Shown one piece after another: positions 38,058 through 47,086 of a stretch of DNA of 64,000 bases. The stretch lies in assembly GCA_963827195.1 (NCBI GenBank), contig CAWGZT010000008.1, forward strand, positions 127,708 through 191,707, written 5' to 3'. Each line of letters starts with the position of its first letter. Position 1 is the first letter of the stretch. This stretch comes from an uncultured Actinomycetota bacterium. Its GTDB lineage: Bacteria > Actinomycetota > Actinomycetes > Propionibacteriales > Nocardioidaceae. Under the pieces are notes generated by a model. That model ran no database searches and was not told where the DNA came from. It was given only the letters and a program-made list of their open reading frames with translations. Made by a program: the position numbers and the translations under genes.

Positions 38058-38902
38058 CGCTGCCCGTGAAGAGCCACCCCGACAGCTGGCAGCCCGGGAT
38101 CGTGGCCCTCGACATCGACGGCACCCTGCTCAAGTGGATCGAGGGCGAGGGCCAGACCTACGAGCAGGTCGAGCCCACGGTCCGCGACGCCATCCACCGC
38201 GCCCTCGACGCCGGTGCCCACGTCGTGCTCGCGTCCGGCCGCTCGCCCCACGGCATGACGCCGATCGCCGACCTGCTCGACCTGCGCGGCCAGGACAGCG
38301 ACCGCCTGTGGGTCGTGGCGAGCAACGGCGCCGTGGTCTTCCGCTACCCGCCGTTCGAGGTGGTCCACGAGGAGACCTTCGACGCCGGTCCGGCCGTGCG
38401 GCTGATCCTGGAGCGGCAGCCGACCGCACGGGTGGCGGTCGAGGAGCGCGGCGTCGGCTACCGCGTCAGCACCCCCTTCCCTGACGGCGAGCTCTCCGGC
38501 GACATGATCGTGACCCCGGTCGAGGAGATGGTGGCCGGGCCGGTCAGCCGCGTGATCATCCGCGACCCCGACGCCAGCGCCGAGCAGTTCGTCGAGCTGG
38601 CCCGCGACCTCGGTCTCCACGGCACCAACTACGTCGTCGGTTGGACCGCCTGGCTCGACCTCTCCCCGGTGGGGGTCTCCAAGGCCTCCGGCCTCGACCA
38701 CGTCGCGACCGCGCTCGGCCTGGAGGCCGCCGACGTGCTGGCCATCGGTGACGGTCGCAACGACATCGAGATGCTCCGGTGGGCCGGTCGTGGTGTGGCG
38801 ATGGGCCAGTCCGTCCAGGAGGTCATCGACGCCGCCGACGACGTCACCGAGTCGGTCTACGACGACGGCGCCGCGCTCGAGATCGACCGCTGGTTCGCGT
38901 GA
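38054..38902 (+). CDS. HAD-superfamily (Cof-type) hydrolase
   Basis: 282 aa. Its GTG overlaps the serS stop (GTGA). Motif [11 protein letters not shown]. Motif [11 protein letters not shown] near the C-terminus. Confidence 0.8.
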   Translation: MTLPVKSHPDSWQPGIVALDIDGTLLKWIEGEGQTYEQVEPTVRDAIHRALDAGAHVVLASGRSPHGMTPIADLLDLRGQDSDRLWVVASNGAVVFRYPPFEVVHEETFDAGPAVRLILERQPTARVAVEERGVGYRVSTPFPDGELSGDMIVTPVEEMVAGPVSRVIIRDPDASAEQFVELARDLGLHGTNYVVGWTAWLDLSPVGVSKASGLDHVATALGLEAADVLAIGDGRNDIEMLRWAGRGVAMGQSVQEVIDAADDVTESVYDDGAALEIDRWFA

Positions 38903-39408
38903 GCGAGGAGCCGGCGCCCGGAGGTGTCCCGTCGTTGCCGGGACTGATCAGCTCCGAGCGGCTGCGGCTGATCCCGATGAGCGCCGCCGACGCCGCCGAC
39001 ATGCTCGCCGGTCGCCACCAGGACCGCTGGCACCCCGACTACCCCCGGCGCGACGACGTCGACGCGTCGAGCATGGTGCGCACCGGCGACACCTGGGGCC
39101 CGCGCCACGTCGTCCTCGGCACCCTCGCGGTCGGCTCCATCGGCTGCTACGGCCCCCCGAGCGACGGCGAGACCGAGGTCGGCTACGGCCTCGTGGAGGC
39201 GGCCCGCGGCGGCGGGGTCGCCACGGAGGCGCTGCGCGCGCTGCTCGCGCAGACCGACCTGGTCGGCGTACGCCTGCGGGCGAGCGTGCGCCCCGACAAC
39301 CGCGCCAGCGTGCGGGTGCTGGCCAAGTGCGGCTTCACCGAGCTGCGCGGCAGCAACGAGGACGGCGACCTGGTGATGGCCCGCCCCCTGCCGGGCAGCC
39401 GTCCGTGA
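38899..39408 (+). CDS. GNAT-family N-acetyltransferase
   Basis: 169 aa. Its GTG overlaps the upstream stop (GTGA). Motif GYGLVEAARGGGVATEALRAL...N.ASVRVLAKCGF. Confidence 0.75.
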   Translation: MSEEPAPGGVPSLPGLISSERLRLIPMSAADAADMLAGRHQDRWHPDYPRRDDVDASSMVRTGDTWGPRHVVLGTLAVGSIGCYGPPSDGETEVGYGLVEAARGGGVATEALRALLAQTDLVGVRLRASVRPDNRASVRVLAKCGFTELRGSNEDGDLVMARPLPGSRP

Positions 39409-39415
39409 CGCACGC

Positions 39416-40222
39416 ATGAGTCTTCCCCGCCTCGTCGCGACCGACCTCGACGGCACCCTCGTCGGGGCCGACGGCACGATCAGCGACCGCACGGTGCGCG
39501 TGCTGCGCGCCGTCGAGGCCCGCGGGGTGCCCGTGGTCTTCGTGACCGGGCGACCGCTGCGCTGGGCGGCCGACGTCTTCTCCCACGTCGGCTCCCACGG
39601 CCTGGCGGTCATCAGCAACGGTGCGGTCGTCTGGGACGTGGCCGCCGAGCGGGCGCGGCTCGAGCGCCCGATCGACCCGCCCCTGGGGCTGGAGGTCTGC
39701 CGCGCCCTGCGCGCGGCCGTGCCCGGCACGACGTACGCCGTGGAGGACCTCGACGGGATCGCCCTGGAGCCGGAGTTCCTCGAGCGCTACCTGGTGCCGG
39801 AGGGCAGCCGACGCGCGCCGCTGGAGGGCCTCTTCGACCGGCCCGCCCTCAAGCTGCTCGCCCGGCACGAGGAGCTGGAGCCGCAGGACTTCTGGGCGCG
39901 GGCGGAGGCGGCGACCGAGGGTCGGCTGGTCATCACCTGGTCGTCGAGCACCTCGCTGCTCGAGATCAGCGCGCCCGGCGTCACGAAGGCCTCGACGCTC
40001 CAGCTGCTGTGCGACGACCTGGGCGTCGCCGCCGCCGACGTCGTGGCCTTCGGGGACATGCCCAACGACCTGCCGATGCTCGGGTGGGCCGGCACCGCCT
40101 TCGCGATGGCCAACGCGCACCCCGACGTGCTCGCCGCCGCCCACCACGTCGCGCCGCACCACGACGACGACGGGGTCGCGCAGGTGCTCAGCGGGCTCTT
40201 CGGGCTCGACGCCGACCTGTGA
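39416..40222 (+). CDS. HAD-superfamily (Cof-type) hydrolase, second copy
   Basis: 268 aa. Motifs VATDLDGTLV, FVTGRP, FGDMPNDLPML. Confidence 0.8.
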   Translation: MSLPRLVATDLDGTLVGADGTISDRTVRVLRAVEARGVPVVFVTGRPLRWAADVFSHVGSHGLAVISNGAVVWDVAAERARLERPIDPPLGLEVCRALRAAVPGTTYAVEDLDGIALEPEFLERYLVPEGSRRAPLEGLFDRPALKLLARHEELEPQDFWARAEAATEGRLVITWSSSTSLLEISAPGVTKASTLQLLCDDLGVAAADVVAFGDMPNDLPMLGWAGTAFAMANAHPDVLAAAHHVAPHHDDDGVAQVLSGLFGLDADL

Positions 40223-40277
40223 TCCTCCTCTGACCGGGCCGGCCGACTGGTGCCCGTCGCCCCCGAGGTGCTGTGAT

Positions 40278-41015
40278 GTGCCCGTGCTCGCCCCCTTCCG
40301 CCGCCTCCTGGTCGCCGTGTTCCTCGTCGGCTGCTTCGTCACGGTCGGCGCCACGCCCGCCCAGGCAGCCTGCCCGTGTGCGCAGGCCTCAGGCCCCGCG
40401 TCCGGCCCCGCGTCTGGCACTGCGTCCGGCACCGCGTCCGGCACCGGGACCGGCACGGGGACCGGATCGCTGATGGAGCGCATCAAGGACGCCGACGCCG
40501 TCTTCACCGGCACCGTCGCCTCCTCGACCCGCTCCGAGGACGCCGGGTCTGCGGGATCGGGGAGCACCGGCGGCACTGGTGCGGCGGTGGTCACGATCAC
40601 CAACGAGGTCGTGCTCGACCGGGTCTACAAGGGGCGCATCGACGACGTCGACCAGACCGTGCTCACCACCGCGCGCACCCAGGCCACCTGCGGGCTCGGG
40701 CAGCTCCAGGTCGACTCCCGCTACGTCTTCATCGTCGCGTCCGCCGGTCCCGGTGCCGGCGGCGAGGGCGCGTGGGCCGACGACGGCTGCTCCGGCACCC
40801 GGGCCGCGACCTCGGCGCTGATCGCCCAGGTGCAGGACGTCCTGGGCAAGGGACGCCCCCCCGTCCCTCCCGCGGACCCGGAGCCGGCCGTCTTCACCGA
40901 CGTCGACACCTCCGAGCCGACCTCGCTCGGCCGCGCGGCCGCCCCCGGCCTCGCGCTCGTGCTCGTCGGCTTCCTCGGCCTGGTCCTCGTCGGTCGGCTC
41001 GGCTCGCGCCACTGA
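40278..41015 (+). CDS. Secreted, C-terminally membrane-anchored protein with N-terminal CxC; TIMP/NTR-like (paralog 1)
   Basis: 245 aa from the GTG at 40278. Signal peptide ..VGATPAQA then ACPC, followed by an SGPA/SGTA/GT low-complexity run. Then ADAVFTGTV, VLDRVYKG, TCGLG, DDGCSG. C-terminal TM segment LALVLVGFLGLVLVG followed by RLGSRH. Confidence 0.6.
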   Translation: MPVLAPFRRLLVAVFLVGCFVTVGATPAQAACPCAQASGPASGPASGTASGTASGTGTGTGTGSLMERIKDADAVFTGTVASSTRSEDAGSAGSGSTGGTGAAVVTITNEVVLDRVYKGRIDDVDQTVLTTARTQATCGLGQLQVDSRYVFIVASAGPGAGGEGAWADDGCSGTRAATSALIAQVQDVLGKGRPPVPPADPEPAVFTDVDTSEPTSLGRAAAPGLALVLVGFLGLVLVGRLGSRH

Positions 41016-41058
41016 CCGGCGCGTGGAACGGCACCCTCCTCCCCGACGTCACAGGATC

Positions 41059-41634
41059 GTGTCGTCGATCCGTCTCGCCCTCGCCACCCTGCTCGCTCTC
41101 GCCGGTCTGGTCCTCCTCGGTGCACCCGCGCACGCCTGCTCGTGCGCGGTGGAAGCTCCCCGTGTCGCGCTCGACCGCGCGGGTGCGGTCTTCGTGGCCG
41201 ACGTCCTCGACGTGACCTACGAGGGTCGGGAGGCGACGTACGACGTGCGGGTGCGCCAGGTCTTCAAGGGTGCGCCGACGCGTGACGTGACGGTCGCGTC
41301 GTCGGCGGACGGGGGCTCGTGCGGGCTCGAGGGCATCGCGCGCGGCGACACCCGGCTCTTCGTGGTGACGGGGGAGGGGCCGGACTACGCCGGGAACCTC
41401 TGCCTGGGGACCGGGCTGACCGCGGCCGATGCCGAGCGCGTCCTCGGAGCTGCCACCTCCGTCCGCGACGCTGCCGGCCCCGACGCCGGCCCCGACGCCG
41501 ACCCCGTCATCGACGGCGGCGGTCTCGGCGTACAGGTCGAGGACGCCCCCACCTGGCCGTGGGCCCTCGGCGGGCTCGGCCTCGGGCTGGCCCTGGTCTG
41601 GTGGGTCCTGCGGCGGGTGCTCGTCGGTCCCTGA
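41059..41634 (+). CDS. Secreted, C-terminally membrane-anchored protein with N-terminal CSC; TIMP/NTR-like (paralog 2)
   Basis: About 191 aa from the GTG at 41059 (ORF opens at 41023). Signal peptide ..LLGAPAHA then CSC. Then AGAVFVADV, YDVRVRQVFKGAP, SSADGGSCGL, LFVVTGEG..NLCLG. C-terminal TM segment followed by RRVLVGP. Confidence 0.65.
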   Translation: MSSIRLALATLLALAGLVLLGAPAHACSCAVEAPRVALDRAGAVFVADVLDVTYEGREATYDVRVRQVFKGAPTRDVTVASSADGGSCGLEGIARGDTRLFVVTGEGPDYAGNLCLGTGLTAADAERVLGAATSVRDAAGPDAGPDADPVIDGGGLGVQVEDAPTWPWALGGLGLGLALVWWVLRRVLVGP

Positions 41635-41682
41635 CGGGCGGCAGCGGACCCAGCGCCCCCAGCTCCCGAGGGAGCCCGCGAG

Positions 41683-42291
41683 CTAGAGGTACATGCCGCC
41701 CGAGGAGCCGGGTCGGTGGTCCTCGTCGGGCTGCGGCGGCATGCCGTCGGCCTGCGGCGCACCCGAGCCGGGCGGGAGACCGCGGCGCATCTGCTCGAAC
41801 TGCGCCTGGGCGGCCATCTGCTGGGCGTAGATCGCGGTCTGGATGCCGTGGAAGAGCCCCTCGAGCCAGCCCACCAGCTGGGCCTGGGCGATCCGCAGCT
41901 CGCCCTCGGAGGGCACCTCGTCGCCGCTGAAGGGCAGCGTCAGCCGGTCGAGCTCCTCGATCAGCTCGGGCGCCAGGCCCTGCTCGAGCTCCTTGATGGA
42001 GGCGTGGTGGATCTCCTTGAGGCGGGCGCGGCTGGCCTCGTCGAGGGGCGCGGCCTTCACCTCCTCCAGGAGCTGGCGGATCATGCTGCCGATCCGCATC
42101 ACCTTCGCCGGTTGCTCGACCAGGTCGGACAGGGCGCGTCCACCCTCGCCCGCTGCGTCGTCGCCGGCCTCGCCCGCGGCCTCCGCTCCGGGCGCCTGCT
42201 GCAGCGCGGAGGCCGGCAGCGTCCCGATCGGCTTGCCGTCGGGGCCGATGATCACGACCTGCTGCTCCTGCTCGTCAGACTGCTCGCTCAT
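41683..42291 (-). CDS. bpa: Bacterial proteasome activator (Bpa/PafE-like)
   Basis: 202 aa from the ATG at 42291. Acidic N-terminus, helical core, C-terminal ...SSGGMYL (compare the GQYL tail of mycobacterial Bpa, from memory). The ORF-track extension to 43032 overlaps qor. Confidence 0.75.
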   Translation of the reverse strand: MSEQSDEQEQQVVIIGPDGKPIGTLPASALQQAPGAEAAGEAGDDAAGEGGRALSDLVEQPAKVMRIGSMIRQLLEEVKAAPLDEASRARLKEIHHASIKELEQGLAPELIEELDRLTLPFSGDEVPSEGELRIAQAQLVGWLEGLFHGIQTAIYAQQMAAQAQFEQMRRGLPPGSGAPQADGMPPQPDEDHRPGSSGGMYL

Positions 42292-42308
42292 GCCCTGCAC
42301 CCTATGGG

Positions 42309-43286
42309 TCAGACGGTGAGGACGATCTTGCCGGTGTGCTCGCCCGACTCCATCAGCTCGTGGGCGGCGACCACGTCCTCGAGCGGCATCGTGCCGTGCA
42401 CGACCGGGCGGACCATGCCTTCGGCGACCAGCGGCCACACCAGCTCGACCAGCGAGGAGCAGATGGTGGCCTTCTCGTCGCTGGGACGCGAGCGCAGCGA
42501 GGTGGCGATCACGGCGCCGCGCTTGCGCAGCAGCGCGCCGATGTCGAGCTCGGCCTTGCTCCCGCCCTGCATGCCGATGATGACCAGCCGGCCCTCGAGG
42601 GCGAGGGCGTCGACGTTGCGCTGGAGGTACTTCGCGCCCATGTTGTCGAGGATGACGTCGACCCCCGCGCCGTCGGTCGCTGCCTTCACCGCCTCGACGA
42701 AGTCCTCGTCGCGGTAGTTGATCGTCACGTCGGCCCCGAGCGACGCGCAGAACGCCAGCTTCTCCGCCGTACCGCCCGTGGTGATCACGCGCGCCCCCAG
42801 CGTGGAGGCGAGCTGGATCGCGAAGGTCCCGATCCCTCCCGCGCCACCGTGCACGAGGAAGGTCTCGGAGGGCTTGAGGCCGGCGACCATGAACACGTTG
42901 GACCACACGGTCGCCGCCACCTCGGGCAGCGCGGCGGCGGTGACGAGGTCGACGCCCTGGGGGACCGGCATCACCTGTCCGGCCGGTACGACGACCCGGG
43001 ACGCGTAGCCGCCTCCGGCCAGGAGGGCACACACCTCGTCACCGACCGACCACTGCTCCACACCCTCGCCGAGGGCGGCGACGGTGCCGCTGCACTCCAG
43101 GCCGATCACGTCGGAGGCGCCGGGCGGCGGCGGGTAGAAGCCCTGGCGCTGCAGGAGGTCCGCGCGGTTGACGGCGGTCGCGGCGACCGCGATGGCCACC
43201 TCGCCGGGTCCGGGCTCGACGTCGGGGACCTCGGAGACGGACAGGACCTCGGGGCCACCGGTTCCGGTGGCGATCACGGCACGCAT
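42309..43286 (-). CDS. qor: NAD(P)H:quinone oxidoreductase (zeta-crystallin / PIG3-type MDR)
   Basis: 325 aa. MRAVIATGTGGPEVL.., VNRADLLQRQGFYPPPPGAS, LVHGGAGGIGTFAIQLA. Confidence 0.9.
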   Translation of the reverse strand: MRAVIATGTGGPEVLSVSEVPDVEPGPGEVAIAVAATAVNRADLLQRQGFYPPPPGASDVIGLECSGTVAALGEGVEQWSVGDEVCALLAGGGYASRVVVPAGQVMPVPQGVDLVTAAALPEVAATVWSNVFMVAGLKPSETFLVHGGAGGIGTFAIQLASTLGARVITTGGTAEKLAFCASLGADVTINYRDEDFVEAVKAATDGAGVDVILDNMGAKYLQRNVDALALEGRLVIIGMQGGSKAELDIGALLRKRGAVIATSLRSRPSDEKATICSSLVELVWPLVAEGMVRPVVHGTMPLEDVVAAHELMESGEHTGKIVLTV

Positions 43287-43318
43287 GGGGCTCAGTGTGC
43301 CCCAGGGCCGGGTCGGGC

Positions 43319-43651
43319 TCAGTCGTCGAGCGTGTCGCCGGTGTGGTCGACGCCGGTGTCGTCGGGCACGGGGTCGTCGATGTCGAGCGGGTCGGTGAAG
43401 CCGGCCGGGCGGTCCCAGCCCTCGGCGAGGCCCTGCGCGCGGGCGGCCAGCCGCTCGACCTTCTCGGGGTCGGCGTCCTGGGCCCCGGCAGCGACGCCGA
43501 GGAGGTAGGCCGTGACCGGGCCGGCTCGCCGCTCGACGTTGTCCGAGGCGATCCGGCTCAGGTCGTGCAGCAGCCCCTCGTCGACCTCGGCCTCGAGGTC
43601 GAGGACGTCGCAGAGCTCGTCGATCCAGTCGTGCAGGTTCACAACGTCCAT
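43319..43651 (-). CDS. Small acidic protein, DUF6457-like (commonly next to mobA; from memory)
   Basis: 110 aa from the ATG at 43651 (MDVVNLHDWIDELCDVLDL). An upstream GTG at 43714 would overlap the mobA stop by 4 nt. Start is uncertain. Confidence 0.55.
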   Translation of the reverse strand: MDVVNLHDWIDELCDVLDLEAEVDEGLLHDLSRIASDNVERRAGPVTAYLLGVAAGAQDADPEKVERLAARAQGLAEGWDRPAGFTDPLDIDDPVPDDTGVDHTGDTLDD

Positions 43652-43710
43652 CTGGTCACAACGATCGCGGGCCCGCAACCCCTGGAGCCGGTCCACCCCG
43701 GCTCGGGCCG

Positions 43711-44286
43711 TCACTCCGACAGGTCGCGCAGGTCCTTCCAGGTGTCGACGTCGCGGTGCTCGTCACCGTCGGCGCCCACCTCGGCGAGCGACAGCGGCGC
43801 GAGCAGCCGGTGCAGCGCCATGTCGTGCTGGGTCTCGTGGTCGGGCCGCACCGCGTCGAGGCGGGCCGTGTCGAGCACCATCAGCAGCTGGCGTCGACCG
43901 TCGGGTCCGACCAGGACGGCTCCGTCGTGCCCGGGGCACGCCTCGAGCAGACGACGGAGGGTCAGCGGCCCCACGCGTGGCATGTCGACCGCCAGCACGG
44001 CCAGCCAGGAGGCGGGGCGCAGCAGCGCGTCGCGCCCGGTGAGCAGGGCGGCGACGGGGCCGCCGTACCTCGGGTCCTCGACGGTGAACGTCACCGGGCG
44101 CTCGGTCGGCACGGGCGCGCCGACCACGACCACCTCCCGGGCGTCCAGGACGGCGTCGATCGCCCGGGCCAGCAGCGTGCGGCCGCCGAGCTCGACGGAG
44201 GCCTTGTCCACGCCGTCGAGGCGGGCGGCGCGCCCCCCGGCGAGGACGACGGCGCTGAAGGCGGTGAGCCCGGGGTCGATCTCCAT
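43711..44286 (-). CDS. mobA: Molybdenum cofactor guanylyltransferase
   Basis: 191 aa from the ATG at 44286. Motifs AVVLAGGRAARLDGVDKA and LAVDMP. Confidence 0.8.
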   Translation of the reverse strand: MEIDPGLTAFSAVVLAGGRAARLDGVDKASVELGGRTLLARAIDAVLDAREVVVVGAPVPTERPVTFTVEDPRYGGPVAALLTGRDALLRPASWLAVLAVDMPRVGPLTLRRLLEACPGHDGAVLVGPDGRRQLLMVLDTARLDAVRPDHETQHDMALHRLLAPLSLAEVGADGDEHRDVDTWKDLRDLSE

Positions 44287-44343
44287 GCCACGAGTCTGGC
44301 ATCGTCGGCCCCGCGGCGATCGGCACAGTGGCAGGCTGGGCCG

Positions 44344-45114
44344 GTGACGTCCCCCACCCTCAAGGTCAGCCTCGTGCAGGAGGCCTCCGCCCTCGACCCC
44401 GCCGTCAACCGGGAGCGCCTGGACGCGCTGGTGCCGTCCGGCAGCGACCTCGTGGTCCTGCCCGAGGCCTACGCCCGTGACTTCGGCGAGGCGGGCTCCG
44501 ACGTCGCGCCGTACGCCGAGCGGCTGGACGGGCCGTTCGGCTCCGAGCTGTCCCGGGTCGCCGCGGCGCGGGCGACGACCGTGGTGGCCGGGATGTTCGA
44601 GGCCAGCGACGACCCGACCCGGCCGTGGAACACGCTGCTGGTGCGTGGTGGAGCGGAGGCCTCCTACCGCAAGGTGCACCTCTACGACTCGTTCGGCTAC
44701 CGCGAGTCCGACCGGCTGCTGGCCGGGGAGGTCGAGCCGGTCGTGGTCGAGGTCGGCGGCTTCCGGGTCGGGCTGATGACCTGTTACGACCTGCGCTTCC
44801 CCGAGCTGGCCCGGGCCCTGGTCGACCGGGGCGCCGAGGTGCTGGTCGTCCCGTCGGCCTGGGTCGCCGGTCCCCGCAAGGTGGACCACTGGCGCACGCT
44901 GGTGCGCGCGCGGGCCATCGAGAACACCGTCTTCGTCGCGGCCGCGGGTCAGCCCGGGCCGCGCTACTCCGGACACTCGCTGGTCGTGGACCCGATGGGC
45001 GACGTGCTCGCCGAGGCCGCTGACGACGCGGCCACGGTGTCCGCGACGCTGGAGCGGGCCACGCTCGACGAGGCGCGGCGTACCAACCCCTCGCTGGCCA
45101 ACCGCCGTCTGTAG
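44344..45114 (+). CDS. Carbon-nitrogen hydrolase (nitrilase superfamily)
   Basis: 256 aa from the GTG at 44344. The E-K-C triad context is visible: LPEAY, YRKVHLYD, LMTCYDLRFPE. Confidence 0.85.
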   Translation: MTSPTLKVSLVQEASALDPAVNRERLDALVPSGSDLVVLPEAYARDFGEAGSDVAPYAERLDGPFGSELSRVAAARATTVVAGMFEASDDPTRPWNTLLVRGGAEASYRKVHLYDSFGYRESDRLLAGEVEPVVVEVGGFRVGLMTCYDLRFPELARALVDRGAEVLVVPSAWVAGPRKVDHWRTLVRARAIENTVFVAAAGQPGPRYSGHSLVVDPMGDVLAEAADDAATVSATLERATLDEARRTNPSLANRRL

Positions 45115-45125
45115 CCTGGCTCCTC

Positions 45126-46166
45126 GTGTCCACGACTGCTGCCCGCCGCCGCGAGGACCTGCCGCCCACGCGGTGGCAACGCGCGCTGAGCGCCCTCAGC
45201 CGCGGTCGGACTCCCGTGACGTCGTTCCTCGTGCTGGTGACGCTGGGCCTGGTGGCACTCGTCTGCGGCACGATCCCGGTGGGCCCTGACTGGCTCCCGG
45301 TGGCCGGCTCCGTGGTCGTGGCGAGCACCTACTCGTGGGCGCTGGCGGCACGCACCGGTGGTCGCCCGGTCGTCTTCGGCACCCTCGCGCTCGTCATGGG
45401 CGTGGTGACCGTGGTGCTCGACGACGACCGGCTGCGCACGGGCGCCGCGGTGATGACCTGCGTGGTCGCGGCCGTGCTCGCCGTGATGGCGACCGTCCCG
45501 GCCGTCCGTTTCGTCCACGCCGTGCGCGAGTGCGTGCTCGCGATCCTGATCGCCTCGGTCGGGGCCCTGGCCACCGTGGGCTTCGAGCCCACCCTCACGG
45601 TGGTCCGCTTCGAGTACGCCACCTTCGGCCTGGCCCTCGTCGGTGCGCTCGGCGTCGTCTACCGCCTCGGCGCCGGCTTCCACGGGCTCGGTCGCCGCGG
45701 TCTCGCGATCGTGCTGGTCGGCATGGTGGTGCTGGCGGTGACGCTGCTCTACGCCGAGCTCCTGCGCCGCTACGGCACGGCCGGGCTGGTCGAGTCGCTG
45801 CTCGACGTCGTGCGGTGGAGCCGCGCCCACCTGGGGGCCTTCCCGCGGCCCATCGAGACCGTGCTGGGCATCCCGGCGCTGGCCTGGGGCTGCCACATGC
45901 GGGCCCGCCGGCGCCAGGGCTGGTGGGTCTGCGCGTTCGGGGTGGCGGCCACGTCGGCGGTCGCCAACTCGCTGGCCAACCCGAGCATCGCGCTGCGCGA
46001 GAGCGCCCTCTCGGTCGTCTACGGGCTCGTCGTCGGGCTGCTGATCGCGCTCGTCGTGATCCGCATCGACCTCGCGCTCAGCGGCTCGCGGGGCGGCCGC
46101 AGCCGACGCGCCGAGGAGGCCGCCGCGGTGAGGCCGGAGCCCGCGCGGACCAGCGCCCTGCTCTGA
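45126..46166 (+). CDS. Hypothetical polytopic membrane protein
   Basis: 346 aa with at least 8 hydrophobic segments. No motif recognised. Confidence 0.6.
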   Translation: MSTTAARRREDLPPTRWQRALSALSRGRTPVTSFLVLVTLGLVALVCGTIPVGPDWLPVAGSVVVASTYSWALAARTGGRPVVFGTLALVMGVVTVVLDDDRLRTGAAVMTCVVAAVLAVMATVPAVRFVHAVRECVLAILIASVGALATVGFEPTLTVVRFEYATFGLALVGALGVVYRLGAGFHGLGRRGLAIVLVGMVVLAVTLLYAELLRRYGTAGLVESLLDVVRWSRAHLGAFPRPIETVLGIPALAWGCHMRARRRQGWWVCAFGVAATSAVANSLANPSIALRESALSVVYGLVVGLLIALVVIRIDLALSGSRGGRSRRAEEAAAVRPEPARTSALL

Positions 46167-46214
46167 GCCTCGGCCGGTTCGGGGTACCGCCCGGTAACGG
46201 CTAGCGTCCTGGAC

Positions 46215-46451
46215 ATGGCCCGTGAACAGGTGATCGAGATCCTCGCCGAGATGGTGGCCAACGTGCTGTCCGTCGCCGTGACGCCCGGCGAGAGCGTCGC
46301 GCCGGGCGACACCGTCGTGCTCCTGGAGTCGATGAAGATGGAGATCCCGGTCCTGGTGGACACCGCCGGCACCATCCGTGCGGTCAAGGTCGCCCCCGGG
46401 GACGTCGTCCAGGAGGGCACCGTGCTCGTGGAGATCACCCCCGCGCGCTGA
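46215..46451 (+). CDS. Stand-alone biotinyl/lipoyl-domain protein (small BCCP-like)
   Basis: 78 aa with biotinylation motif LESMKME. Resembles the small orphan biotinylated proteins of actinobacteria. Confidence 0.8.
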   Translation: MAREQVIEILAEMVANVLSVAVTPGESVAPGDTVVLLESMKMEIPVLVDTAGTIRAVKVAPGDVVQEGTVLVEITPAR

Positions 46452-46461
46452 CCGCGAGGCT

Positions 46462-46549
46462 TGGCAGAGGGGGCGGGATTCGAACCCGCGGTAGGTCTCC
46501 CTACGACCGCTTTCAAGGCGGTTCCGATCGGCCGCTCCGGCACCCCTCC
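46462..46549 (-). tRNA. tRNA-Ser (anticodon UGA)
   Basis: Folded by hand: acceptor GGAGGGG/CCCCTCT, anticodon arm ACCGC-CTTGAAA-GCGGT, long variable arm, T-arm GCGGGTTCGAATCCCGC, discriminator G, CCA encoded. Confidence 0.9.
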
Positions 46550-46591
46550 GTGCACGTCCGAGGACGTACGACGGGTGAGTCTAGTGGTGCC

Positions 46592-46975
46592 TCACTCCGA
46601 GCCGCCGAGCTCCATCTCCACGTCGTCGTAGGCGATGTCGTGGAGCCGCTGCACGTGGTGCCCGATGTCGACGAGCAGACGCCTGACCTCGTCGCGCACC
46701 CGCTCGACGTCGGCGCTCTCCAGGACCGTCGGGCCGAGCGCGCCGAGCCGGCCGAGGAGCTGGTTGCGCTCCCGGAAGGCGGTGCCGCCGCGGGCGGCCA
46801 GCCAGCCGTCGTCGGGGCTGCTGCTCTCGCCGACGAGGGCGTCGCGCACGAGCGTGAGGCGCTGGCGCACGACCCAGCGCCAGTTGCCCAGCGCCACGCC
46901 GTCGGCGCGCGGGGCCTCGAGGGCGGCCTCGAGGCCGCGCAGTGCGGTGCTGAGTGCGGGCGTCACGGTGGTCAT
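46592..46975 (-). CDS. Hypothetical protein
   Basis: 127 aa, helical-looking, good codon bias. No motif recognised. Confidence 0.5.
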   Translation of the reverse strand: MTTVTPALSTALRGLEAALEAPRADGVALGNWRWVVRQRLTLVRDALVGESSSPDDGWLAARGGTAFRERNQLLGRLGALGPTVLESADVERVRDEVRRLLVDIGHHVQRLHDIAYDDVEMELGGSE

Positions 46976-47086
46976 GGCAGCCTCCAGGTGGCCCGGTGCC
47001 GGGCCCGACCTCGAGCATGGCGGTTGGCCGCGCCCACGACAAGCCCGGATGACGGGCTTTCGCGAGGGGTGTGTTCAATCGTCCCC

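Noticed and set aside
43652-43714. Longer (131-aa) version of the DUF6457-like gene starting at a GTG that overlaps the mobA stop
   Set aside because: The extension (MTARAGVDRLQGLRARDRCDQ) is Arg-rich and unlike the acidic body of the protein. It cannot be excluded, so it is noted in the feature.
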